A DNA stretch of 64,000 nucleotides from Balanoglossus misakiensis. Its lineage: Eukaryota > Animalia > Hemichordata. The first letter of the stretch is position 1; each line of letters starts with the position of its first letter. Under the pieces are notes generated by a model. The model did not search any database. It was not told the DNA's origin and worked only from the letters and a program-made list of their open reading frames with translations. Below are positions 46,012 to 57,063 of the stretch, piece by piece. The stretch is from assembly GCA_040954595.2 (NCBI GenBank), contig CM082588.2, positions 2,115,027-2,179,026 on the forward strand, read 5' to 3'. Both the position numbers and the translations under genes were made by a program.

Positions 46012-48680
46012 AATCAGAAGATGAATGAGAAAGCAGCAGAAGGTGATTTCTTACTGTAATGAAAAGAGAAATTGGATTTGAAGAAGAGCTTAAGAATGAA
46101 GAGAGAAATTATATACCATGTGCAGAATGTAGATAATTATAGTATTATGAAAGTATATCAGAATTGATTTAAGAAATGATTGTACATGCATGTCATACTT
46201 CATATATCTGAAATATTTCTTTATTGAAAGTTAGTCAAACTAAATATTATGTACAGTGTGTGTGGAGAATTTCTGAGTTATGTCACAGCCAAGCAACTTC
46301 AGGCAGTATAGTCAATGTTCTTTTACAATGAAACAGTAATTATTCTTGAAACAAATTTATTGCAGACTAATATGTCACTTGGTCTGCAGGTCAGAAGGTT
46401 CTTAACATTTTCCACCAAGTGACATCAGACCCTGCTGTGTGACATCACTTCCTGTATAGTGACAAAACTTCCAGTTTCCCTTTTGTGCAATCATTTCCAC
46501 TCAATAATTTGCCGCATTTAACAGTTAACGCATTTTGTTGTATGGTTTACTCAATCAGATAGCATTTAATGATCGTCTTTATTGTTTTAAATAATGATAG
46601 GAATGTGCAATCTTGTCCAGAAGGCATTTGCTATGTAATCATTTTCTTGTATATTTATCAACATACACAAAACACTTGTGATCTTAATCATGTATGTATG
46701 GTACATCTGACACTCTAATGTCAGTCAAGATGCATTCGCAGATTCAATCTGTACACCATCTGATTTGCACCATCTGGTTTCCTCATTCACAGCTCTAACA
46801 AATAGGGTATCCTCTCATTAAATTATTGACCAAATGTTATATTTTAACCTACCATTCCTATTGCAAAGCATAACACTTATCTGTGTGATATAATGGGATT
46901 GTGCAACCTGTGAAAACAATAACTTTGAAAACTGTACGCTGTTTAACTGCACGGTAAAAGAAAGCTGTTTTAATCATTTCTGCTCCACTGCAGAAACTAT
47001 ATGGCACATCCCCCAAAACTATTTCGTTTTTTATTTGCTCTGTGTGCTATAACTGGACACTTGCAAGTCACTGTGTCCATAAATGAAGCTCTTGTATTTA
47101 CATGTCCCCTACCCAGTCCCTAAACCAAATTAATATATGTACCGTATAATGTGAGAAAATTTATCAAAGTATACATAAAAAACCATGAGTACAGCCAACA
47201 GAATTTGTTCATTTGAATGGTCGCATATGCAGGTGCTAGCTTGAGACTAAGTTACAAGGCTACATAGAAATTTGTGTTAATCATCGAGAGAAATGAAGAT
47301 AAATGTATATTAGTGATGCATGTAAGACTAAAGTCTTTTGAAAATGATGAAAAATGTATGTTTTAGAATATAAATTATGTACATGAAGGAATTATGTGAC
47401 AAGATTGATCTGTATTGATATTTTAACTCATAAAGAAAATAGTATAGATGCTTAAAGTATATAATTATAATTCTATAAAGGTATACATATAATAGTGCTA
47501 TTAATTATTAAAAATTGAGAATATGTAAGTTTGGTTTCTGTTGGACAGATGATGTCCAAACTGTCTTGATGTGTGTGCCATTTAGTCACAGATCATTTTT
47601 TGTATTGCAGTATCATATTTTGTTGTTGTGATGTTTTCCTTTTGTATTTTGGCCATGATTTCTGTACCTTTTGAGATGTGGTGTAGAGCAAACAAATCAT
47701 TGAATCTACATTCACAAGCTGTGCCAGGTGGAACCCAGCAGAAGGAACATGTCAAGTGTATGTGTTGTTAGATGGTTCTTCATTATATTCAGGACTATTA
47801 CTAACACATTTCTAGAAAATGGCTGTTGGTCCTAATCATTTAATGGCTTCTTTTAGACACAGTGCACCAGCCAAGTGGCATTCCATCACTTTTAGGATCT
47901 CTACATGTGCTACATGTATGTGTCATAAAAATCTAAAAGGTTACAGTTCATGTTTCTCCATAATTTACATTTAAAACTTGCTGTTTATGTAATTTATGCA
48001 GTGTGTTATTATACAAGTATACAATTGTGTCTGTATACAGTAGTGCAATATACCATATTTCAGGGTAACTTCTGTGACTTAGAGATCAAAACAGTTGTAA
48101 GGTATTGCAAGTAGATGGCCAATAATATTCAGTTAACCATGGCTGTCATATCGTAGAGAAAAACTAACATAGAACTGTTAGATGCCAGGCTCTTGTGTGT
48201 GCATACTTATGGCAGTTTACATGCTCAATATATGTTGTAATGAATCGCATGGATTTCAAGCAGTTTTAAAATGCGAAGTATGATCATCCAAACTTAATTT
48301 CAGTTCAGTTTTTAAGTTGTAAAAGTTTGTGTTCCAAGTAAGACTAAGATTGGGTGGTGGTTGATGGCAGTGGAAATTTATTTTGACACAAAGACATGAA
48401 AAGCCTCCCTGTTGTACCCCTCTTATGAACTTGCCAAAATAGAAATCTTATGATCTATTGTGATTTTTTGTCCTTTGTATTATCTGTTGTCTGTAGTGAC
48501 AATGACTTGCTTTTCACAATGGTGAAGCGAGTGTACACTGCTTTAAGATTATGAGGCTGCCACCATACTTCTTTACGTTGAGTATTTTGTTTTGAATTAT
48601 TGTGAGGCTTGTATGTATGTATATCTTTGTACTGTGTAAACTCGTACAGTTAACATAATAAAGTTCAGTTAGTAATGCGA
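46012..48680 (+). other. Probable long VPS13 3'UTR
   Basis: AT-rich with no ORFs in the track; AATAAA at 48657-48662 followed by GT/T-rich sequence. Confidence 0.45.
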
Positions 48681-48913
48681 ATCAGTTTGGCATTGGACAT
48701 GTGTGTATTATATTTTTTATATTTTATGACTTTATTGTGAACAGTCATGTAAGACGTGCTCAATTAATTAGTTCACCAATTGATAAGTTCACTCAACTAT
48801 TTTCTCTCATGTGGCAGTATTGAGTAATTTTATTCACAGGTTAAACATCAAACAAAATCAACAAAAATCGTCCACACATAACAGTAATTTGAGGAAACAT
48901 CTCCAAATGACTG

Positions 48914-50340
48914 CAGCCTTTAGTTCAAAAAGTTGGGTGACGTCACGAAAATCCCAACACTTGGGGGCGACATTTACAATGCCAGAACAGGCCGCACTGT
49001 CTATGTCAGGTACAAATCAATCTGACAATGTAAGCGCTTGGCGTCTGGTCAAAATGTTTTTGTTTTATTAATTTAATGAGTTAGAAATAATTTTATCTAG
49101 ACTGGAATTAAATTTACTAGTATCTCGGATTAATACATTGGCCAATCCCACAGTCCTTTGCGCAAATCAAAATGGCGGCGCCTGTAAATTTCGGTGCTCG
49201 CCTCGAATAAAGTTTAAAAAGTGGCCGTTGAACAAGTTGTGAGACGTTTTGTGGCGATTCTTTGTCCCGTATGAATGAGTTGTGAACGGTAACGGCAATC
49301 GGTGCACGACTTTTGGTCCACAGATGGAAATTTCTTGTCCAAACCAATGCGTTATAAAAGTCACTCGCGTACTGCATGCAGCCATTAGTTCCAATAAATT
49401 GGGTGACGTCACGAAGGTTTCCAACGTTGCAACACTTGGTGGCGACATTCTCAATATTTCAGAACAGGCTAGGCTTGACCGACGGCTTGACCTCACTGTC
49501 TATGTCAGGTACGACTCTATCTGGCAATGTACGCGCTTTGCGCCTGTTCTGGTTAAAATTATATTTTGTTAAAATTAGAGCGTTAGAAATAATTTTATGG
49601 AGCCTGGAATTCATTTTACTAGAATCTTGAATTAATTTTGGCCGATCCCACAGTCCTTTGCGCAAGCAAGATGGCGGCGCCTGTAAATTTCGGTGCTCGC
49701 CTCGCATAAAGTTAAAAAAAGTGACCGTTGAACAAGTTGTGAGACGTTTTGTGGCGATTCTTTGTCCCGTATGAATGAGTTGTGAACGTTAACGGCGATC
49801 GGTGCACGATTTTTGGTCCACAGATGGACATTTCTTATCGAAATCACCGCGTACTGCATGCAGGCATTAGTTCAATAAATTGGGTGACGTCACGAAAGTT
49901 TCTAACATTCCAACACTTGGTGGCGACATTTACAATTCTAGAACATACTTAACGCGTTCGTATCTCACTATGTCATGTGCGAATCTATCTGGCAATGTAC
50001 GCGCTTGGCGTCTGTTCTGGTGAAAAATTTTGTTTTATTAATTTAGTGTGTTAGAGATGATTTTATTTAGTCTGGAATTAAATTTACTAGCATCTCGAAT
50101 TAATACATTGGCCGATCCCACAGTCCTTTGCGCACGCTTCCTTAAATCAAAATGGCGGCTGTTATTGTCCGTTCTCTCGCCTCGCATAAAGTTGAAAAAG
50201 GGGCCATAATACGCGTTGTGAGACGTTTTGAGGCAGCTCGTCTTCCCGAATGAATGAGTTGTGGACGAAAACGGCCATCGGTGCACGAGTTTTGTTCCAC
50301 AGATGGATATTTCTAGTCGAAACCACTGCGCAGAAATCGC
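48914..50340 (-). repeat. Left arm: ~3 diverged tandem copies of the ~480-500-bp monomer
   Basis: ATGGCGGC marker at ~49172, ~49671 and ~50152; GGGTGACGTCACG at ~48935, ~49401 and ~49882. Confidence 0.9.
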
Positions 50341-50402
50341 TAGCTGCAGCTTCCTATGCTAGGCTATGGACTGTGGTGTGGTGCCTACGGACTGTGGTGT
50401 GG

Positions 50403-50563
50403 AGGCATCGCCGTAAAACACAACCCTGCCACGCAGCGCCTAGGGACGGTAGTGTATACGACACGAGACAACCGTACGTTAGGGGACGGTGACCGTGGGT
50501 AAAGCGAGCATGTTGTCAGTGGGATAGCTCTGCGCAGCAGGGCCGTGTGTCACGGCGATGCCT
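50403..50563 (-). other. 34-bp imperfect inverted repeat (stem) enclosing a 93-nt GC-rich loop
   Basis: 50403-50436 pairs with 50530-50563 at 28/34 Watson-Crick positions; 5 of the 6 mismatches are G.T/G.U on the minus strand. Confidence 0.85.
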
Positions 50564-50935
50564 GACTGGTCACCATTGGGCATGGACTGTTTACGGTGGC
50601 TTGACTTTGTTGCCTAACCCAATACATAGAGAGATTAAATATTAACGGTGATTATGATTTTGCCTAACTGTTCAACATGGGACATGGATGGCAGTTGACG
50701 GTGCTGACATTTCCTGCCTAACTAAAGCGCGGAGTGATACAAGGACTATGAGGCGGTGATACGGCTTTGCCTAACTGTTCACCACTGGGCATGGATGACT
50801 TCACAGTGGTTAGGCATTTATTGCCTAACTCTATACACGTACTGATTATGATATATTTACGGGTGTTATGAATTTGCCAAACTGTTTACCATTGCATTGG
50901 GACTGTTTCACAGTAGGTAGACATTTGTTACTTAA
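50559..50935 (+). repeat. Array of seven ~53-bp units with a conserved TGCCTAAC box and an ACGGTG-like second box; alternating A/B units
   Basis: Box 1 at 50559, 50611, 50661, 50715, 50768, 50822 and 50875, degenerate at 50929; spacings 52, 50, 54, 53, 54, 53, 54. Confidence 0.85.
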
Positions 50936-51114
50936 AATCTCAATAATAATATGCACAAACAGTATATATCACGCCATGTAGACTGGAATTAATTTTTACT
51001 AGCATCTTGAATAAATTTTATGTGTTGTCAAATTTATTTTGGACGATCCATGCCCATTGGTGAACAGTAAGGCAAACACATATCACCATAAATATTATTA
51101 TCACTCTATGTATT

Positions 51115-54100
51115 CTAGATGATATAGTAAAATTAATTCCAGTCGACATAAAAATTATTTCTAACACATTAAATTATAAACCATAATTTTGACCAGAACA
51201 GGCCCAAAGCGCGTAGATTGTCATATAGATTCGCACTTTTGACAAACAGTCTTATTTGGAAGGCATTGGGTACTGTTCTGGCATAGACGCTAAGGTCTGT
51301 TCTGGAATTGTAAATGTCGCCACCAAGTGTTGGAATGTCAGAAACTTTACATTGGGCGCCGCCATTTTGATTTGCGCAAAGGACTGTGGGATTTGCCAAT
51401 GTATTAATCCGAGATACTAGTAAATTTAATTCCAGTCTAAATAAAATCATCTCTAACAGACTAAATTAATAAAACAAATTTTTCACCAGTATAGACACCA
51501 AGCGCGTACATTGCCAGATAGATTCGCACATGACATGGTGAGATACTAACTGTTCTGGCATAGACGCTAAGGTCTGTTTTGGAATTGTAAATGTCGCCAC
51601 CAAGCGTTAGAATGTTAGAAACTTTCGTGACGTCATCCAATGCAGTGCGCGATTGATATTTATAACGCAGTGGTTTCGACAAGAAATTTCCATCTGTGGA
51701 CCAAAATTCGTGCACCGATCGCCGTTATCATTCACAATTCATTCATACGGGACAAAGAATCGCCACAAAACGTCTCACAACTTGTTAAACGGACACTTTT
51801 TTAACTTTATGCGAGGCGAGGACGTACATATACAGGCGCCGCCATTTTGATTTGCGCAAAGGACTGTGGGATTTGCCAATGTATTAATCCGAGATACTAG
51901 TAAATTTAATTCCAGTCTAAATAAAATCATCTCTAACAGACTAAATTAATAAAACAAAATTTTCACCAGTATAGACACCAAGCGCGTACATTGCCAGATA
52001 GATTCGCACATGACATAGTGAGATACTAACGACATGAACCAGTTGGAATCGTAAATGTCGCCACCAAGTGTTGGAATGTTAGAAACTTTTACATTGGGCG
52101 CCGCCATTTTGATTTGCGCAAAGGACTGTGGGATTTGCCAATGTACTAATCCGAGATACTAGTAAATTTAATTCCAGTCTAAATAAAATCATCTCTAACA
52201 GACTAAATTAATAAAACAAAATTTTCACCAGTATAGACACCAAGCGCGTACATTGCCAGATAGATTCGCACATGACATGGTGAGATACTAACTGTTCTGG
52301 CATAGACGCTAAGGTCTGTTTTGGAATTTTAAATGTCGCCACCAAGCGTTAGAATGTTAGAAACTTTCGTGACGTCATCCAATGCAGTGCGCGATTGATA
52401 TTTATAACGCAGTGGTTTCGACAAGAAATTTCCATCTGTGGACCAAAATTCGTGCACCGATCGCCGTTATCATTCACAATTCATTCATACGGGACAAAGA
52501 ATCGCCACAAAACGTCTCACAACTTGTTAAACGGACACTTTTTTAACTTTATGCGAGGCGAGGACGTACATATACAGGCGCCGCCATTTTGATTTGCGCA
52601 AAGGACTGTGGGATTTGCCAATGTATTAATCCGAGATACTAGTAAATTTAATTCCAGTCTAAATAAAATCATCTCTAACAGACTAAATTAATAAAACAAA
52701 ATTTTCACCAGTATAGACACCAAGCGCGTACATTGCCAGATAGATTCGCACATGACATAGTGAGATACTAACGACATGAACCAGTTGGAATCGTAAATGT
52801 CGCCACCAAGTGTTGGAATGTTAGAAACTTTTACATTGGGCGCCGCCATTTTGATTTGCGCAAAGGACTGTGGGATTTGCCAATGTACTAATCCGAGATA
52901 CTAGTAAATTTAATTCCAGTCTAAATAAAATCATCTCTAACAGACTAAATTAATAAAACAAATTTTTCACTAGTATAGACACCAAGCGCGTACATTGCCA
53001 GATAGATTCGCACATGACATAGTGAGATACTAACGAGGAATCAGGTCTGTTTTGGAATTGTAAATGTCGCCACCAAGCGTTAGAATGTTAGAAACTTTCG
53101 TGACGTCATCCAATGCAGTGCGCGATTGATATTTATAACGCAGTGGTTTCAACAAGAAATTTCCATCTGTGGACCAAAATTCGTGCACCGATCGCCGTTA
53201 TCATTCACAATTCATTCATACGGGACAAAGAATCGCCACAAAACGTCTCACAACTTGTTAAACGGACACTTTTTTAACTTTATGCGAGGCGAGGACGTAC
53301 ATATACAGGCGCCGCCATTTTGATTTGCGCAAAGGACTGTGGGATTTGCCAATGTATTAATCCGAGATACTAGTAAATTTAATTTCAGTCTAAATAAAAT
53401 CATCTCTAACAGACTAAATTAATAAAACAAAATTTTCACCAGTATAGACACCAAGCGCGTACATTGCCAGATAGATTCGCACATGACATAGTGAGATACT
53501 AACGACATGAACCAGTTGGAATCGTAAATGTCGCCACCAAGTGTTGGAATGTTAGAAACTTTTACATTGGGCGCCGCCATTTTGATTTGCGCAAAGGACT
53601 GTGGGATTTGCCAATGTACTAATCCGAGATACTAGTAAATTTAATTCCAGTCTAAATAAAATCATCTCTAACAGACTAAATTAATAAAACAAATTTTTCA
53701 CCAGTATAGACACCAAGCGCGTACATTGCCAGATAGATTCGCACATGACATAGTGAGATACTAACGAAATCAGGTCTGTTATGGAATTGTAAATGTCGCC
53801 ACCAAGCGTTAGAATGTTAGAAACTTTCGTGACGTCATCCAATGCAGTGCGCGAGTGATATTTATAACGCAGTGGTTTCGACAAGAAATTTCCATCTGTG
53901 GACCAAAATTCGTGCACCGATCGCCGTTATCATTCACAATTCATTCATACGGGACAAAGAATCGCCACAAAACGTCTCACAACTTGTTAAACGGACACTT
54001 TTTTAACTTTATGCGAGGCGAGGACGTACATATACAGGCGCCGCCATTTTGATTTGCGCAAAGGACTGTGGGATTTGCCAATGTATTAATCCGAGATACT

Positions 54101-54560
54101 AGTAAATTTAATTCCAGTCTAAACAAAATCATCTCTAACAGACTAAATTAATAAAACAAATTTTTCACCAGTATAGACACCAAGCGCGTACATTGCCAGA
54201 TAGATTCGCACATGACATAGTGAGATACTAACGACATGAACCAGTTGGAATCGTAAATGTCGCCACCAAGTGTTGGAATGTTAGAAACTTTTACATTGGG
54301 CGCCGCCATTTTGATTTGCGCAAAGGACTGTGGGATTTGCCAATGTACTAATCCGAGATACTAGTAAATTTAATTCCAGTCTAAATAAAATCATCTCTAA
54401 CAGACTAAATTAATAAAACAAATTTTTCACCAGTATAGACACCAAGCGCGTACATTGCCAGAGTCGTACATGACATAGTACTGTTCTGGCATTGTAAATG
54501 TCGCCACCAAGTGTTGGAAAATCCCGTGAAGTCGCCCAACTTTTTGAACTAAAATGGCTG
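51115..54560 (+). repeat. Right arm: higher-order tandem array of alternating long (480/480/469/467 bp) and short (262 bp) monomers
   Basis: GGCGCCGCCATTTTG at 51355, 51835, 52097, 52577, 52839, 53308, 53570, 54037 and 54299; HOR periods 742, 742, 731 and 729; copies nearly identical. Confidence 0.95.
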
Positions 54561-55069
54561 TTGCGTGCAAGTGAAATTTATAGCCGAGGAAAAAGTCACT
54601 CCAAGCAATTTTTCATTAAATAGTTCATGTTATGTGGGGACGATTTTGTTTCCCTTTTTAACTTTGGTATATTCATCTTGTTTTATGTTTTTCCTGGTGA
54701 AGAAAATTACTCTCATGAGAGAAAAAGCTGAGCAAATTTCCTCGATTTTTTTTAATTCAAAGAGTTGATCAGAATGCCTGCATAAAGATAAATTGCAGTG
54801 CGGACAAGAAGTTCGGATAGCATACACGACACGCAATCGAGGTCACTCACGTTCCCTGTCTGGCTAATTAATTATTAATTTTGACCCGACAATTCTGATT
54901 GGTCAGCTTCTATCCGCACAACTGAAACAGGTAGACCATAGCACTTGTGATTGGTCAATAAAGCTGTACACTCATTGAACAGATGTGTAACGTAGACGCT
55001 CCAATTTACGTTGACCCGGGCACTGACCTAATTCAACGCGCTTGTTCACAAAATTTAAATATATATTGA

Positions 55070-55222
55070 AAACGAGCGTACATTACCAGACAGATTGCAC
55101 CTGGCAGGCAAAGAGGTTGTCTGATTGAGGTCTGTTCAGTAATTGTAAATGTCGCCACCATGCGTTGGTAATTTTCGCGACGTCACCCAACTTTTTCACT
55201 GCTTGAAAAAGTTTCCTCAATC
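55070..55222 (+). repeat. Isolated diverged fragment of the same monomer family
   Basis: GCGTACATTACCAGACAGATT...GGTCTGTTCAGTAATTGTAAATGTCGCCACCA...CGCGACGTCACCCAACTTTTT, in the same orientation as the right arm. Confidence 0.75.
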
Positions 55223-55395
55223 ATGATGCGTTCGAATTCCGGGTTATAACTTTCATTTCACGCGCAATTTGCATAATTCCAAACGCGAAATTAGAACTCC
55301 AGTTCGAATTTTAGAAAGCGAATTCGACAGTCGATCTCACCGATCCTGTTTACCGTAGCAACCAAATTTTATTAAAATCGATACTTTTGGATAAA

Positions 55396-56879
55396 ATGTT
55401 CGCTACTGTGATACATGGTGGTAAGTACCTGATTGATCTGTTTAACAAACAAACAAAAGAAACAAAAGAACAAACAAAAACTAAAAGAAGTAAATGAGAA
55501 GCGATTGTACCGCATATATTGGCCAATTTCTTGGTTACTTTTACAAACTTCAAAACGAAGAAGAGTGTATGGAACAACTAACTTGGAATATTGCGACTTT
55601 ATTCATATGAATTTCAAGAAAGAAAAACTGTATATTCCATCTTTTGGCGTTAAATATGACTTTTCTTTACTTCTGGCGTCTTATCAATCACTTTTTGAAC
55701 AGCCAGATGCATGAAAAAAATTAAGAAATAACGCAAACTGAACGTTCTCTTGTTTAACTTTCGGGCCGGATGCCTTCCAATCCGCGTTTTTTTTTTTTTT
55801 TTTTTTTTTAAAGTAGACACACCAGATATTTATTTTGTATCCGAATGAAAACTGGATGGATCGGAAATATAGACCTAATAGATGTATCATATGATTAACT
55901 TCATTAATTTTGTGTCAATTCACCAGATGGCCAAAGTTTCTTGATCAATCTGCGCTGCGGATCACGGAGTGTGTTTGAATATGTCAACGACAAACTTGCG
56001 GAAGAAGACTGGGAGGACGAGAGTAAGTGTGTCGAATTGTTTCGGACGGGCTTATTTTTAAATTTAGTTGTTATTCGCCAACTTTAAGCACAGTTTCATT
56101 CCGATGCCCTTTGATATAAATGTCGTTTGGTCAACACTGTGAAGCACCCTTCTTTCCAATCCCCCCATCTACAGCCTTTGTTGAACTTGCCGACGAAGAT
56201 GGTCATCTGAAATACCTGTCTTATCAACGCCCAATGCGCACGCTCCTTGACCTGGTCAAACCCCGAAGTACTCTGATACCAATTAAAATCGACCGTGAGT
56301 AGAATATAAAAAAGTCATGTGAATTTGTGATGAGTTTATGAAAGGGTGTCTTGCTTATACTCGTACTCAATATTGGAGTTGTTCAGTCACAAAACACGAA
56401 ACCAAACTATTTTTAAACAGTAAATTACAACTTACCTTTAGGAATATTCTATTTTGTTAAATTACCTGATATCAATTAACTGTTTTCTCCTCACCCAGGC
56501 GATGAAAATGATTCTTTTAAGCCATTTACACCAATGTTGAAAACTACAGACTTCAAGCCAAAGTTTATTGGTAAGTCACAATTTTTTTTAATTTCCCCGG
56601 CAAATTAATGTGTCATGTTGACCTCCAAATCATTAACCCATCGATCGAACTCAAGTGATGCGCAGTGGACAAATAAAAACATCTCGACATTCACACACAG
56701 AGAGGCTTCAACGTCAGCGAGATAAAATGGAGAAATTACGAGTAGAGAGAGAAGGAGGGACAGCTGCAAATCGACGGCTAGAATCTGTCAAAGAGGAAAC
56801 ACGGCCAAAAGATAGCACAATCAAACGTCAGGCAAGCGGGACTCGTCCTGTGTCCAAGGGGATCATTAAGCGCCCATGA
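55396..56879 (+). CDS. CXorf65/C22orf15-like small protein, 163 aa, 5 exons (55396-55420, 55927-56022, 56175-56294, 56499-56570, 56701-56879)
   Basis: All four introns are GT-AG and phase 1; the exons total 492 nt and are open: MFATVIHGDGQSFLINLRCGSRSVFEYVNDKLAEEDWEDETFVELADEDGHLKYLSYQRPMRTLLDLVKPRSTLIPIKIDRDENDSFKPFTPMLKTTDFKPKFIERLQRQRDKMEKLR...KRP*. This resembles the remembered CXorf65-family pattern MFI.V.(Y/H)GDNQ.FL.N..C...IDLCDE.G..K...RSTY...KVER...F.PLLK. Confidence 0.85.
55787..55808 (+). repeat. Poly(T)22 tract in intron 1 of the CXorf65-like gene
   Basis: Direct reading of the sequence. Confidence 0.9.
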
Positions 56880-57063
56880 AAGTTGCAAACAAAGTCCGAC
56901 ATAATACTCATGACATGTTTTCACCAGAAAGCGTTTATTCCTTAATAGATGTAATTTAGATGCCGTACAACTTGTGTCTCGTGAAAGAGATAATCGAATA
57001 AACATGGCAATACCGGTGCTTTAATACAGTGATGGAACACAATGTGTTCTGTGTTCTACACTA

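Larger units (their letters stand above)
48914..54560. mobile_element. Foldback-like non-autonomous repeat complex: long inverted arms made of tandem ~480-bp monomers
   Basis: The left end CAGCCTTTAGTTCAAAAAGTTGGGTGACGTCACG...ACATTTACAATGCCAGAACAG is the reverse complement of 54481-54560. Monomer marker AAAATGGCGGC on the left vs GCCGCCATTTT on the right. No transposase ORF and no TSD seen, so mobility is inferred. Confidence 0.6.

Noticed and set aside
50340-50570. Hammerhead ribozyme or tRNA/SINE head in the hairpin island
   Set aside because: No CTGANGA...GAAA core or convincing A/B boxes found on either strand by eye.
50559-50935. CRISPR array
   Set aside because: Repeats are only ~8-10 bp, alternate spacers are related to each other, the context is eukaryotic and there are no cas genes.
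51653-54052. Four copies of a 65-aa ORF (MIFITQWF...)
   Set aside because: Non-ATG starts (TTG/GTG), a simple by-product of the tandem repeat, and no recognisable protein motif.
48900-54575. Target-site duplication flanking the foldback
   Set aside because: The flanks AAATGACTG and TTGCGTGCA do not match, so the superfamily cannot be assigned.
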